In this document: piece by piece, positions 1-9,984 of the stretch
Position numbering within the stretch: the first letter of the stretch is position 1
Layout: each line of letters opens with the position of its first letter
Source: Gammaproteobacteria bacterium
Lineage (GTDB): Bacteria > Pseudomonadota > Gammaproteobacteria > Ga0077536
DNA length: 64,000 nucleotides
Direction: 5' to 3'
Assembly (NCBI GenBank): GCA_047611805.1
Contig: JBLFWX010000014.1
Span: 464 to 64,463 of the forward strand
Made by a program: the position numbers and the translations under genes
Notes under the pieces: generated by a model
Database searches by the model: none
What the model saw: only the letters and a program-made list of their open reading frames with translations
Told to the model about the DNA's origin: nothing

Positions 1-1
1 C

Positions 2-715
2 TGGGGCAAGCTACCGATCCTCGGCGACACTGGCTTCTTTGTCGAACGCATCACTATCCCACAGGAACGTTTCAACTACGCGGCTGGTACTGAAGATAAA
101 CACGGCTCGGCAGCCGTGTTCCCATTGGAGCCGTGTTCCACGTTTGGTTATTGGGGGGCTTATCGCGATCGACTCCCGGCATCGGCAACGGATCAATTTG
201 AAAGTCGGATTGCAACAGTATCGATCACGGACAACAAACAAACGCGCGGGCAACGCTTGAGCGTGAAGATACCGGACAACCTGTGCTACATCCGTGAGGG
301 CCAAGGCTGGGGTAACTGTGACGTCGAAGAGCGAAAGATCTGGGACGAGCACATGAATCCAGTTATCGACACCTGGGTAGAGCGGCTGCGCAGTAATCCC
401 GTTGCAACGGGCTGCCTGAGTGTGCGCGATTGCGCCGAATTCGATGCGACGAGCGGCGAAGCCATAGACCGTCGCACACAGATCGCGTTTCTCCAATCCT
501 TAGGCTATATCGAACAAGCGGCGCGCACTGATCCCGCACACCTCGCCGTGCATGGTGCGTTTGTCAAAATGTATCGCGAACCGCGCTTCACGCCGCAGAT
601 GCATGTGTGGGTTGAAGTGGGTGTAATGAAAGAGGACGACATCGAGACGGAGTATCTAAATTGCCATCCGAATACTGGATTGCTGCCATACTTTGAGCAT
701 CAAATTAAAGCGTAA
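2..715 (+). CDS. hypothetical protein, 5' end cut by window edge
   Basis: Frame 2 is open from base 2 to TAA at 713-715; the listed ORF 116..715 only begins at an internal GTG. Composition is protein-like (DEHMNPVIDTWVERLRSNP). No family recognised. The antisense ORF 11..496 is judged a shadow. Confidence 0.5.
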   Translation, partial: WGKLPILGDTGFFVERITIPQERFNYAAGTEDKHGSAAVFPLEPCSTFGYWGAYRDRLPASATDQFESRIATVSITDNKQTRGQRLSVKIPDNLCYIREGQGWGNCDVEERKIWDEHMNPVIDTWVERLRSNPVATGCLSVRDCAEFDATSGEAIDRRTQIAFLQSLGYIEQAARTDPAHLAVHGAFVKMYREPRFTPQMHVWVEVGVMKEDDIETEYLNCHPNTGLLPYFEHQIKA

Positions 716-770
716 CTCGTTTTCTTGGGAAAATGTCCGTAACAACTTCGTCTAGATCCGTTTTCCTTCG

Positions 771-1817
771 CTAATCACCGACCACGCGTTCACCGGCCAC
801 TTGATGAGTGAGCGGCGTATTAAGCCCAACGCGATGCTGCTGTGCGACCTCGTAGGCTGCGCGATTGATGGCATGCGCGGCGTCTATCATCCCGTATATA
901 TTTTTAATCCAATAGCACAATCGCCATTCGACCGCGTGGTCGCCGGGGTTCTTGAGCTTCGTGATCGGCGGGCGCTCGTGATTGATGTTGCTGTCTCGTT
1001 CGCATGCCAACTCCCAGATCGACAAGAACAGTTGATCAACGACCGCGCTATCCAAACCGTACGCGAGCTTAAAATCTGCAAATTGCATTAATCCTTTGCT
1101 CGAGGTCTTTGTCAGGATTTCGATCTTAGAACTACGTAACTTTGCATTCGGTACAACAACAATATGTCAGGTCGCGAGATCGCGCAGACGTGTTTGAGAC
1201 ATACTCGTTTGAATAACGATGCCAAGCAGATCGAGTTCTGCCACGCGGATCACCGAACCAGGTTCTATGTCACCGTTGTACAACAAAATCAAGCCGTTGA
1301 TATTGTCCGGAACCCACACGTCCTTGGTCGAGAATAGGAGAATAGCGAGACCACCAAGTACGCTCGTTGCCTGCAGCCAATCGTTCATACCCCAAATGTT
1401 CACAATGATAAGAATCACCGCTGCTATGACGACAAATTTAGCCAGCAACGCGAAGATTTCTGACTGATAAGTCTCGGTGCGGTACTCGACGTCGTCTATC
1501 GTTCGGGTTCTTCCATAGCGACGTAAAATGACAGTGTCGAGAAAGAGTGTTGCGAGTACGGCAAGCAATAAGGTAAGCCCAGTCTCGTAGAGCTCGATAC
1601 TGACTTCTTCAAACTGGTTGGTACCGAAGTACAAGACCGGAAAAATCACGTTCGCAACACGCAAAGTGTAGACACGACCAGCGACCGCCGTTGAATCCAT
1701 GGCTGATCCAATGCGTCGCACTATCGCCGGGGCAAACGCGAACATGACGATGTTGAGCATAAGAACGGTGGTATCAAATCGATCAAATATTGGCAGATTA
1801 TCTAGTAAGTCTTCCAT
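771..1817 (-). pseudogene. MscS-family mechanosensitive channel interrupted by one in-frame TGA (1167-1169)
   Basis: ORFs 1167..1817 and 771..1088 share a frame. The only interruption is TGA at 1167-1169, and the bridging codons read HIVVVPNAKLRSSKIEILTKTSSKGL. The N-terminal part is TM-rich (GGLAILLFSTKD pore-helix-like), followed by the T.LR....x.IVVVPN beta-domain block typical of MscS. Confidence 0.7.
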
Positions 1818-2115
1818 TCATACGGGCTACAGATTGGGTAGCCGACGAGGGTACCGGAACCGATCTATGTTCGGCAACATACGCACGTTGTATGAAACTA
1901 TCTCGTTGGCGCCCCTCAGCATCAGGCGGCGGGGCAAGGTTGCGTCATAAACTCGTTCGGCGGACCGCATTACCCGGGCCTGTTAGGATAGCGGGACAAG
2001 CATTTCCAATTATTCAAATAGATCGGGTTAGCCCTCTGTTTCACATTGTCGCGAACGTGGCGATGCCGAGAAGCCTGTATCTGACTCCCATTCACTACCT
2101 CCAGGAGACTTTTCG

Positions 2116-2781
2116 ATGCCCGCTGATCTTGATTTAGAAACTTGTGACAAGCTCTTAACTACGACACGTTCCGTTCGTCTTCGATTCGACCTCGAGCGCC
2201 CGGTCGAACCAGAAATGATCGAGCAATGTCTCGAAGTTGCGTTACAGGCGCCGTCGCAAACGAATACGCAGCAGTGGCATTTCGTCGTCGTTACTGATGC
2301 AGCGAAACGCGCGGCACTCGCAGACATCTATCGCCGTTCTTTTGAAAGTTACTGGGCAGCGTCCATAGCGAAGACCCCTGAAGCTTTTGAGAACCCGTCT
2401 AAATCTGTGCAAAAGATGATCGAGTCGGCCGAATTTCTGACTGCGAACCTCCAGCACGTACCCGTCCACGTGCTGTTTTGCAGCCGCGGAGATCTCGTTA
2501 ATCTTCCACTTTTTGAGCAAGCTTCGGCCTACGGTTCGATTATTCCAGCCGCATGGTCGTTCATGTTAGCGGCACGTGCACGAGGCATCGGTTGTTGTTG
2601 GACGACTGTGCATTTAATGGATGCGGGCGCGGCAGCTGATGTTTTAGGTTTACCGAGCGACCTAACCCAAGCGGCGCTATTACCTGTTGCCTACTACAAA
2701 GGATCCGATTTCAAACTCGCAGATCGACTGCCGCTCAGTGACGTTATGCACTGGAATGCTTGGGGCGGGCAGCGTACTTAG
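2116..2781 (+). CDS. nitroreductase family protein
   Basis: 221 aa. Has the TTRSVRLRF N-terminal nitroreductase signature, QQWHFVVV and C-terminal LLPVAYY. AGGAGA lies 7 nt upstream of the ATG. Confidence 0.8.
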   Translation: MPADLDLETCDKLLTTTRSVRLRFDLERPVEPEMIEQCLEVALQAPSQTNTQQWHFVVVTDAAKRAALADIYRRSFESYWAASIAKTPEAFENPSKSVQKMIESAEFLTANLQHVPVHVLFCSRGDLVNLPLFEQASAYGSIIPAAWSFMLAARARGIGCCWTTVHLMDAGAAADVLGLPSDLTQAALLPVAYYKGSDFKLADRLPLSDVMHWNAWGGQRT

Positions 2782-2873
2782 TACTTAATCGATGGACCAG
2801 AAGGACGCGTCCCCGTTGGGGACGTTAGTAGATAACGTCGGCTAGACAACACGAACCACACAGCACGTCGACT

Positions 2874-4748
2874 CTACTTCCTGCGGATCTGCGTAACAAA
2901 TACGGGTGGGACTGGCGGGACGAGACCCGTCTCGCGCTCGCAGCGCGAGACGATCTCATCGATCGTTCCGCCGAAATTAAACAGTTCTGGAACTTTCTCC
3001 GGGCTCGCTAGGCTTGCGCGAAGCTTCGTCGTGGCATCGCGATCTACGCTAAAGCCGTCGTCGGCGATGACCGCGCCGAATCGCCTAGCCCCTTCTTTCG
3101 TGATAAGTCCACTTTCGAGGTCGTACTCGATGGCTGCGATCTCACGTTCCATGGGATCCCCGAGGCCGCCCCCACCCCACGTATCGAAAATGAGATAGTC
3201 ACCCGGCTCAACTTTGATGTTGTCGATCTTGTTCTTCAAAATCTCGCGGCTACCGTCCACTCTTTCGATCGTCTTACGGCACCTACGTCCCGGCTCGGCG
3301 CCTTTCACTCCCCAGGGATACGTCAACCACCGATCGTCGTGAATTGATATTTTCCCTGACGCCAAAAATCGATAGCCGATACGCATGCCATTGCCGCCGC
3401 GAAAGCGCCCTGCCCCGCCACTGTCCGGGATCGATTCATAGGCTTCCATGCGCACGGGAAAATAACTTTCTAAATACTCGCTCGGGACATTCGTGAATTT
3501 CGGCCACAGGGAATGCCCGTCGAGCCCGTCTCCCATTGGTCGGGCCGGCACACCACCGAAACCGATCTGGAACAGCAGGAACCATTTGTCGTGGTCATCA
3601 ATGCCCGAGTACATAAAGTGAGGACTGGACGAGAACCCGGCGCCGCACAAATAGCTTGGGTTCGATTTCCCAAATAGCGCGCTGATAATATCAAAGATCC
3701 GACCCATCGCATGAGTGCGGCCATTCACTGCGGCTGGTTTGCGCGGGGCGAGCAACGAGCCTTGTGGAATGCGCACCTCGATGAGATCGAAAAACCCATC
3801 GTTCAGAAGGATATCTGGATCGAACATCATTACCATGAACTGCGCACAGAACATCTTGTACATTTGCTCGCTCATGAGAAAATTGATGTTGCTCTGCGAT
3901 TGAGGATCCGTGCCGCCGTAATCGAAGATTATCTTTTCGCCTTCGCGCCACATATCGCAGGCTATTTTATACGGACCCATACCAATGCCGTCGTCACAAA
4001 TATAATCTTCGAACGATATCTTCTCGTTCGGGATCGTATTCTGAATTAAGGTCGCCATGGCACGACGATTACGCGCAAGCAATTCATCAAGCGCGGATGT
4101 AAACAAGTCGTCGCCGAAACGCTCTGCCATCTCTAAGCAACGCGCGTGCCCGATCCGGGCTGATGCGATCAGCGCGTTCATGTCGCTACGATTCCATTCT
4201 GGGATCCGGCAATTGTGCAAGATCACTTTCAACACATCGGTTTGCAATACACCGGCGCGGATGATCTTGATCGGCGGAATGCAGATCCCTTCTTCGAATT
4301 GGTCAAGCGCATCGGTTGGCATGCTGCCCGGAACTTTGCCGCCAATGTCGGACATGTGCCCAAACATTGCCGACCACGCAAGCAAGCGCCCGCCTCTAAA
4401 CACGGGCAGGCAAATGAGCCAGTCGTTCGCGTGGCTAATAGCACCTCGGCAGGAGTACGGATCCGAGGTTAGGAATACGTCGCCTTCTTCAACGGTCTCG
4501 TCGAGATGATCAATGAAGCCTGATACAGGTGAACCGAATTGGCCGGCGACAAGTCGACCTGAGCGATCCGTCAGCACGGGGAAGCCGTCGCGTTGTTCGC
4601 GAATGATCGGCGACATGGCCGTGCGGAATAACAGCGCATCCATCTGCGTGCGTGCGTTAATCAGACCGTTCTCGACGAGATCGAGTGTGATCCGATCAAC
4701 GACAACCGAGTTAAACGGAGCGGGGTTCGTTTCAATTAAACGGGCCAT
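2874..4748 (-). CDS. hydantoinase B/oxoprolinase family protein (ATP-dependent lactamase/carboxylase beta-type subunit)
   Basis: 624 aa. Hydantoinase_B-like blocks SDPY..G..H.ND and FDTWGGGGLGDP. Starts 3 nt after the stop of the hydantoinase A gene. Confidence 0.85.
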   Translation of the reverse strand: MARLIETNPAPFNSVVVDRITLDLVENGLINARTQMDALLFRTAMSPIIREQRDGFPVLTDRSGRLVAGQFGSPVSGFIDHLDETVEEGDVFLTSDPYSCRGAISHANDWLICLPVFRGGRLLAWSAMFGHMSDIGGKVPGSMPTDALDQFEEGICIPPIKIIRAGVLQTDVLKVILHNCRIPEWNRSDMNALIASARIGHARCLEMAERFGDDLFTSALDELLARNRRAMATLIQNTIPNEKISFEDYICDDGIGMGPYKIACDMWREGEKIIFDYGGTDPQSQSNINFLMSEQMYKMFCAQFMVMMFDPDILLNDGFFDLIEVRIPQGSLLAPRKPAAVNGRTHAMGRIFDIISALFGKSNPSYLCGAGFSSSPHFMYSGIDDHDKWFLLFQIGFGGVPARPMGDGLDGHSLWPKFTNVPSEYLESYFPVRMEAYESIPDSGGAGRFRGGNGMRIGYRFLASGKISIHDDRWLTYPWGVKGAEPGRRCRKTIERVDGSREILKNKIDNIKVEPGDYLIFDTWGGGGLGDPMEREIAAIEYDLESGLITKEGARRFGAVIADDGFSVDRDATTKLRASLASPEKVPELFNFGGTIDEIVSRCERETGLVPPVPPVFVTQIRRK

Positions 4749-4751
4749 GAT

Positions 4752-6809
4752 TTAGCTCTCCGTCGGACGGATAAGAATATTACCGAAGCGATCGACCGCA
4801 CCGACATGATGCGGAAGAATCAAGGTGGTAGAGTCCATTTCAGTCAAAATAGCAGGCCCGTTGATCTGATTTCCGGCCACCAGCCGTGATCGATCGTAAA
4901 GCTGGGCGACGTGCTCTGCGCCGTCGACGAATATCGTTTGCTCACCGACCTTCGCGGCACTGGGATCGATATCACCCGCTGCGATTTCTTGGGCGCGAGC
5001 GAACGTAGCGCGGCTGGTAGCAACGGCGCGAAGGTTGATTAATTCTTTTTCACCTTCGAGCTTGAACGTATAGAGTTGTTCATGCGTCTCGTCGAATCGT
5101 TGCTCAATTGCAGCGAAGCTACCAGTAGCGATTTCTTCTAAAGTGACATCGAGCGTGATCTGCATAGATTGCCCGCTGTATCGCATATCAAATTGATACA
5201 CCACATCCCGATCGGATGAGTAGATATGCTCGTTCTCCAGTACCTCGACCGCTTTCTTTTCGATATCCGAGAGTAAGCTCATTACCTCTGTCGTGGTTAG
5301 CTCACAGAAACGGCGAATAAAAGTACGTGACGCTTCGTTCCGCATGCGGGTCGTTGCGTCGCCGTAAGCGCACAGAACGCCAGGCCCACGCGGAATGATC
5401 GCAGGCCACGCGCCCGTTAAACGCGCTAACGCATTAGCGTGCAATGGCCCCGCGCCGCCGAACCCCATCAAGGCGAAATCACGCGGGTCGTAACCTTGCT
5501 CAACCGAGATTAGGCGCAGTGCGCCGAACATGTTCTCATTCACGATATCGATAATACCGGCTGCGGCCTGCATGAGACCTAGCCCCGTCGCGTCGGCAAT
5601 TTTCTGCACGGCGATCTCCGCGCGTGCCCTGTCTATTGGCATGTCCCCGCCTAACAACGAACTGTCAGGTAAATAACCCAGCACGACATTCGCATCCGTC
5701 ACCGTCGGCAACTCGCCACCCTTCGCGTACGCAGCGGGGCCTGGCACGGCACCCGCGCTTGCCGGTCCTACTCGCAACGCACCAGTGAGTTCGGGGACGT
5801 GCGCAATGGAGCCGCCGCCCGCGCCGACGGTACGCACATCGACGGATGAGGCGCGCACGATCACATCGCCAACTGAGGTTTCGCGACGCAAATGCGCAAC
5901 GCCGCCTTCAACCAAAGCGACATCTGTCGACGTGCCACCCATATCGAACGTCATGATGTTCTCAAAGCCTGCTTGAACGGCTGCCCATAACGCGCCGGAG
6001 ACTCCCCCTGCAGGGCCGCTCATTAACAGATTGACCGGACAGTCCGCTGCCGCGCGCGATGCGGCTAATCCGCCGTCGGACTTTAAAATACTGAGCTTCA
6101 CGCCGCTCATCGTGCGATCGAGCTCGGTCTGCAAATTGTCGATGTAACGGCCGACTACCGGACGCACGTAAGAATTAACGACCGTGGTGATCGCGCGTTC
6201 GTACTCCTGCATCTCTGGAATGACTTCCGATGAAATTGACACGGGTATGCCTGGTAAAACCTCGGCGAGGAGCTCGGCGATTCTGCGCTCATGGACGCCG
6301 TTAGTATACGCGTTGATAAGGCACACGGTGACAGCTTCGACGCCTGCCTCTCGCAAGATAGACATTTTCCTAACAAGTGCGTCTTCGTCCAACGCAGTGA
6401 CGATTTCGCCGCGCGCGCTGATCCTCTCGTGCGCCTCGATCGTCCACTTCAACGGCGCTAACGGTCGGGTCTTGTTATAAATAACCCAGCCGCCGAGGCC
6501 GCCAGGAACGAACGATCGCCCGATGTGTAATATTTGACGATAGCCTTGCGTCGTTATGAGGCCGACTTTCGCACCACTGCCAGTTAACACGGCGTTCGTT
6601 GCAACGGTCGTGCCGTGCATCACGTGCGTGATCTCACGTCGTTCAATATTCGATTGGCTACAAATGCGCTCGATGCCGTGAAATACGGCGCGCGACGGAT
6701 CTTCCGGAGTCGAGGGAACTTTGGCAGTGAACACCTGACCATCCGCCTCGCGGATCACGATCAGATCAGTGAACGTACCGCCAACATCGGCGCCTAGTCG
6801 GAATGCCAT
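4752..6809 (-). CDS. hydantoinase A/oxoprolinase family protein
   Basis: 685 aa. N-terminal GADVGGTFTD and internal FDMGGTSTDV sugar-kinase/actin-fold motifs typical of hydantoinase A. Sits directly upstream of the B-type gene. Confidence 0.85.
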   Translation of the reverse strand: MAFRLGADVGGTFTDLIVIREADGQVFTAKVPSTPEDPSRAVFHGIERICSQSNIERREITHVMHGTTVATNAVLTGSGAKVGLITTQGYRQILHIGRSFVPGGLGGWVIYNKTRPLAPLKWTIEAHERISARGEIVTALDEDALVRKMSILREAGVEAVTVCLINAYTNGVHERRIAELLAEVLPGIPVSISSEVIPEMQEYERAITTVVNSYVRPVVGRYIDNLQTELDRTMSGVKLSILKSDGGLAASRAAADCPVNLLMSGPAGGVSGALWAAVQAGFENIMTFDMGGTSTDVALVEGGVAHLRRETSVGDVIVRASSVDVRTVGAGGGSIAHVPELTGALRVGPASAGAVPGPAAYAKGGELPTVTDANVVLGYLPDSSLLGGDMPIDRARAEIAVQKIADATGLGLMQAAAGIIDIVNENMFGALRLISVEQGYDPRDFALMGFGGAGPLHANALARLTGAWPAIIPRGPGVLCAYGDATTRMRNEASRTFIRRFCELTTTEVMSLLSDIEKKAVEVLENEHIYSSDRDVVYQFDMRYSGQSMQITLDVTLEEIATGSFAAIEQRFDETHEQLYTFKLEGEKELINLRAVATSRATFARAQEIAAGDIDPSAAKVGEQTIFVDGAEHVAQLYDRSRLVAGNQINGPAILTEMDSTTLILPHHVGAVDRFGNILIRPTES

Positions 6810-7579
6810 CGGGACTCCCTTTTAGTGAGGCCGAACGCTCCTTCGTCGAAGCCATCCGGCGCGGTGACGATGCAGGTATGCGCTATCGGATTCTGCCGTC
6901 TACCGGAGCAGTGTAATCGTATTTTGATATCGGTCGCGACAGCTAGGACATTACCAGTACATTTAGCCAGGTCGTTAAAGTCGCCAATATAACCAATTGT
7001 TAGAAAGGCTGACTTGATTGAACGACCGACCTCATTCGATAACATTTCCCGCGGGCGCACGGAATCACTCAATTTTCTTCACTGAGACGAATACCGTCAG
7101 ACAAGTTCTAGCATTACCGCCGCAATCATTGGCCTCGGGGCGCGCGAGATAGCCGCGCTGAATTTCGCTTGCGGTCGTTACGCCTACGCTGCTCGCCGCG
7201 TGTGTTCTCGCTTTGCTGGCTTCTTCTAACAGGGATGTCGTGACCGATTTCCGTGCGCGAATTGGACTGATCACGACACACCGACGCGTAGCTAATTGCA
7301 GAAGAACTGAACAAATCAGCGGGTCAAAAGTCACCGCGGTAGCGCCTCTCACCATGAGCGAGTTGGGCTATCAAACGCTCGCGTCGATAGTCGGAGATCG
7401 ATAATCGGGCGTGACCGCAACGCAGATCGCAATTTCTCCGTGCTACTGAAGGTGTCCCTCTGCGCAGATCCCGGTGGCCCACTGCGGCGCTCGATCACGA
7501 AGCCTATGGCCGCTATCCTGTACCCCAACGACCAACCTACCGATCACTCGTAGCAGAATCGTGTGCGCGAAAGTCCGGT

Positions 7580-8779
7580 ATGCCGGATGGCGATCGACAC
7601 ACGCAAAGAGAAAGCATGATGGCGGCAATAGAACCTCAGCGGCTTAAAGCCCACGAATTGATCCAGCAAGGCATTGAGACTTCGATACGACAATGCGGCG
7701 AGCTCGGTTTGCAAGTCGCGGTGTACCACGAGGGCGAACTTGTAGTCGATGCCTGGGGCGGGATCGCGGATGAGACCACTGGGCGACTGGTCGATCGCGA
7801 CACCTTATTTCCGGTCTTCTCCGTCGTCAAAGGCGTCACGGCCTTGGCGTTACACATTCAAGCCGAGCGCGGTCTAATCGATTATGACCAGACCATTGCA
7901 CACTATTGGCCTGAGTTCGCGGCGGCCGGAAAAGGACAGGCAACCATTCGCGATGCTCTAAGTCATCGACTTGGCATTGCACAGATGCCGGACGGGGTCA
8001 CCCCGGAGCTGATGGCTAACTATGATTGGATGGTTGACCAATTAGCGCGCATGCCCCCGCGCTTCGTCCCTGGAACTGACAACGCTTATATGTGTTACAC
8101 GTTTGGTTGGGTGATCGCAGAATGTGTGCGCCGAACCGATCCAAAGCAGCGCCCGTTCGGCACCTTCGTGCAAGACGAAATCTGCGCGCCGCTTGGCATC
8201 ACCGATCTCTGGCTCGGCATCCCAGAGCATGTGACGCCACGAGTCGCGCGAATAAAGAATTCAATCCCGAGACCCCTACCACCGGACTTGCCAATATTCG
8301 CTGCGATTCCACCCAGCGTAGCGACGGTTGAAGAAGTGTTCGGCCGCAGCGACGTACGCGCCGCGTGCATTCCTGGCGCGAATGGAATCATGAGCGCGCG
8401 CGCGGCCGCAAGAGTTTATGCGCTGCTCGCAAACAACGGTGAGCTTGACGGCGTTCGCTTGTTATCTGAACAAAGAGTGCAGGGTTTTAGTATTCCACGT
8501 CGCGACACTGATCAAGCCGACACCATTCTTGGCTTCCCCGTGAAGGTCGGAACATCCGGCTATTGGTTGGGCGGCGAATTCGATCACGACTACCCTTATC
8601 GACTCGTGGGGCGAAATCCACGCACACTCCACCATCCGGGTGCGGGCGGTTCCATCGCGTGGGCTGATCCCGATTCGAAACTGGCGGTTGCCATATGCCA
8701 CAACCGTATGACTCATGCGCCGAGCGATGCGTTTGCGCCGATCCGAGACGCACTCGACCAAATCTTCGGTGTCGCGTGA
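7580..8779 (+). CDS. serine hydrolase, beta-lactamase/esterase (class C-related) family
   Basis: 399 aa. S-x-x-K nucleophile motif FSVVKG with family-typical flanks. An alternative start is the ATG ATG at 7616. Stop is TGA at 8777-8779. Confidence 0.75.
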   Translation: MPDGDRHTQRESMMAAIEPQRLKAHELIQQGIETSIRQCGELGLQVAVYHEGELVVDAWGGIADETTGRLVDRDTLFPVFSVVKGVTALALHIQAERGLIDYDQTIAHYWPEFAAAGKGQATIRDALSHRLGIAQMPDGVTPELMANYDWMVDQLARMPPRFVPGTDNAYMCYTFGWVIAECVRRTDPKQRPFGTFVQDEICAPLGITDLWLGIPEHVTPRVARIKNSIPRPLPPDLPIFAAIPPSVATVEEVFGRSDVRAACIPGANGIMSARAAARVYALLANNGELDGVRLLSEQRVQGFSIPRRDTDQADTILGFPVKVGTSGYWLGGEFDHDYPYRLVGRNPRTLHHPGAGGSIAWADPDSKLAVAICHNRMTHAPSDAFAPIRDALDQIFGVA

Positions 8780-8856
8780 ATACGGTGATCAAACACCCTA
8801 ACTAAGACAATAAATCTACGGCGCAAAAAATACAGCGCGAAAAAAAGGAGAATTGG

Positions 8857-9276
8857 ATGGCGAGCATTGTTACGGGAGGTTGTCGATGCACAAAGGTGCG
8901 CTACCAATGCACAGCCGATCCCGTTGCAGTGACCTTGTGCTACTGCCAGGATTGCCAATCCTGGTCCGGCGGTGCGTGCGGTCACTACGCCATCATGCCG
9001 TCCTCGAGCATGACTATCGTGGGTGACGTCGCGGGCTATGAGCTGCAAACCGAAAGCGATCGAACTATACGGCGCGAATACTGTTGCGAGTGCGGATCGC
9101 CATTGTTTGCGAGGACTACGCATTTGCTCGCCATTACGGTCGCGAGCTTCGACGATCCAGCGCCGTACCACCCGACCATGGCAATCTGGCTGGATAGCGC
9201 GCAACCATGGGCGATGATTCCAGATGAGATCCCACGCTTTGCACGTAATCCACCGCTATCTTCCGGCACACCATGA
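8857..9276 (+). CDS. GFA (glutathione-dependent formaldehyde-activating / CENP-V-like) family protein
   Basis: 139 aa. Cys pattern GGCRC...CYCQDCQ...CCECG. AGGAGA lies upstream of the ATG. Confidence 0.8.
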   Translation: MASIVTGGCRCTKVRYQCTADPVAVTLCYCQDCQSWSGGACGHYAIMPSSSMTIVGDVAGYELQTESDRTIRREYCCECGSPLFARTTHLLAITVASFDDPAPYHPTMAIWLDSAQPWAMIPDEIPRFARNPPLSSGTP

Positions 9277-9386
9277 GAATTCGTCCACTACGGCGAAATA
9301 AGGTTGAGCTACGCGCAGTTTAGGTGCCAGACAAACCTAGCGAACGGTTGACCCTTAACTTTTGAAATTGAATTGCGGAGAAATCG

Positions 9387-9803
9387 ATGACAACACTGAC
9401 TGGCGGCTGCCGTTGTGGAAAAATTCGCTACACGTGTGAGGCGGCCCCGATAACCGTATCCTTTTGCTATTGCACGGATTGCCAGAAAGCCTCAGGCGGC
9501 CCATTCTGCAACTACGCAGTCGTACCGTTCGACGCCGTCACTATTAACCAGGGCGAGACCGCGCACTACGCCGTCGAGGCAAGTACTAGTAATACCGTGA
9601 AGCGGGAATTTTGCGCACACTGCGGCGCACCGCTATTCGCTAGTACTAACAACGTCTTTGTAATTACCGTTGGTAGCTTGGATGATCCGAGCGCGGTGCC
9701 GCCGGCAATTGCTATCTGGCTCGATAGTGCACAACCGTGGGCCCCGATCCCAGACGATGTGGAACGATTTCCCCAGAACCCGCCCATTACCTTGGGCGCT
9801 TAA
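9387..9803 (+). CDS. GFA family protein (tandem paralogue)
   Basis: 138 aa. Cys pattern GGCRCGKIRY...CYCTDCQ...CAHCG. Shares AIWLDSAQPWA.IPD with the upstream paralogue. Confidence 0.8.
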   Translation: MTTLTGGCRCGKIRYTCEAAPITVSFCYCTDCQKASGGPFCNYAVVPFDAVTINQGETAHYAVEASTSNTVKREFCAHCGAPLFASTNNVFVITVGSLDDPSAVPPAIAIWLDSAQPWAPIPDDVERFPQNPPITLGA

Positions 9804-9984
9804 GTTATTCTTTGACTCCCAGTCTGGGACCGGCGCTCTGGAACCGGCGTTGTCGCCGATACGGAACTGCCTAATTAATCGGATGCGACCTCACTATTGT
9901 TCGCGACCGCACCTAACTACAACTACTAATATTGGCGACCCACGCGGTCCCTGATGATTTGTCGACTGCGACTAGGAGCACGAA

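Noticed and set aside
11-496. A 161-aa minus-strand ORF at the window start.
   Set aside because: It overlaps the longer plus-strand frame, which is open from the window edge and has more protein-like composition.
6794-7355. Two overlapping minus-strand ORFs (92 and 96 aa) upstream of hyuA, which could be one frameshifted accessory gene.
   Set aside because: I recognise no family, no RBS or start context is convincing, and the composition is Arg/Ser/Ala-rich as in random GC-rich ORFs. Left unannotated; BLASTX could revisit this.
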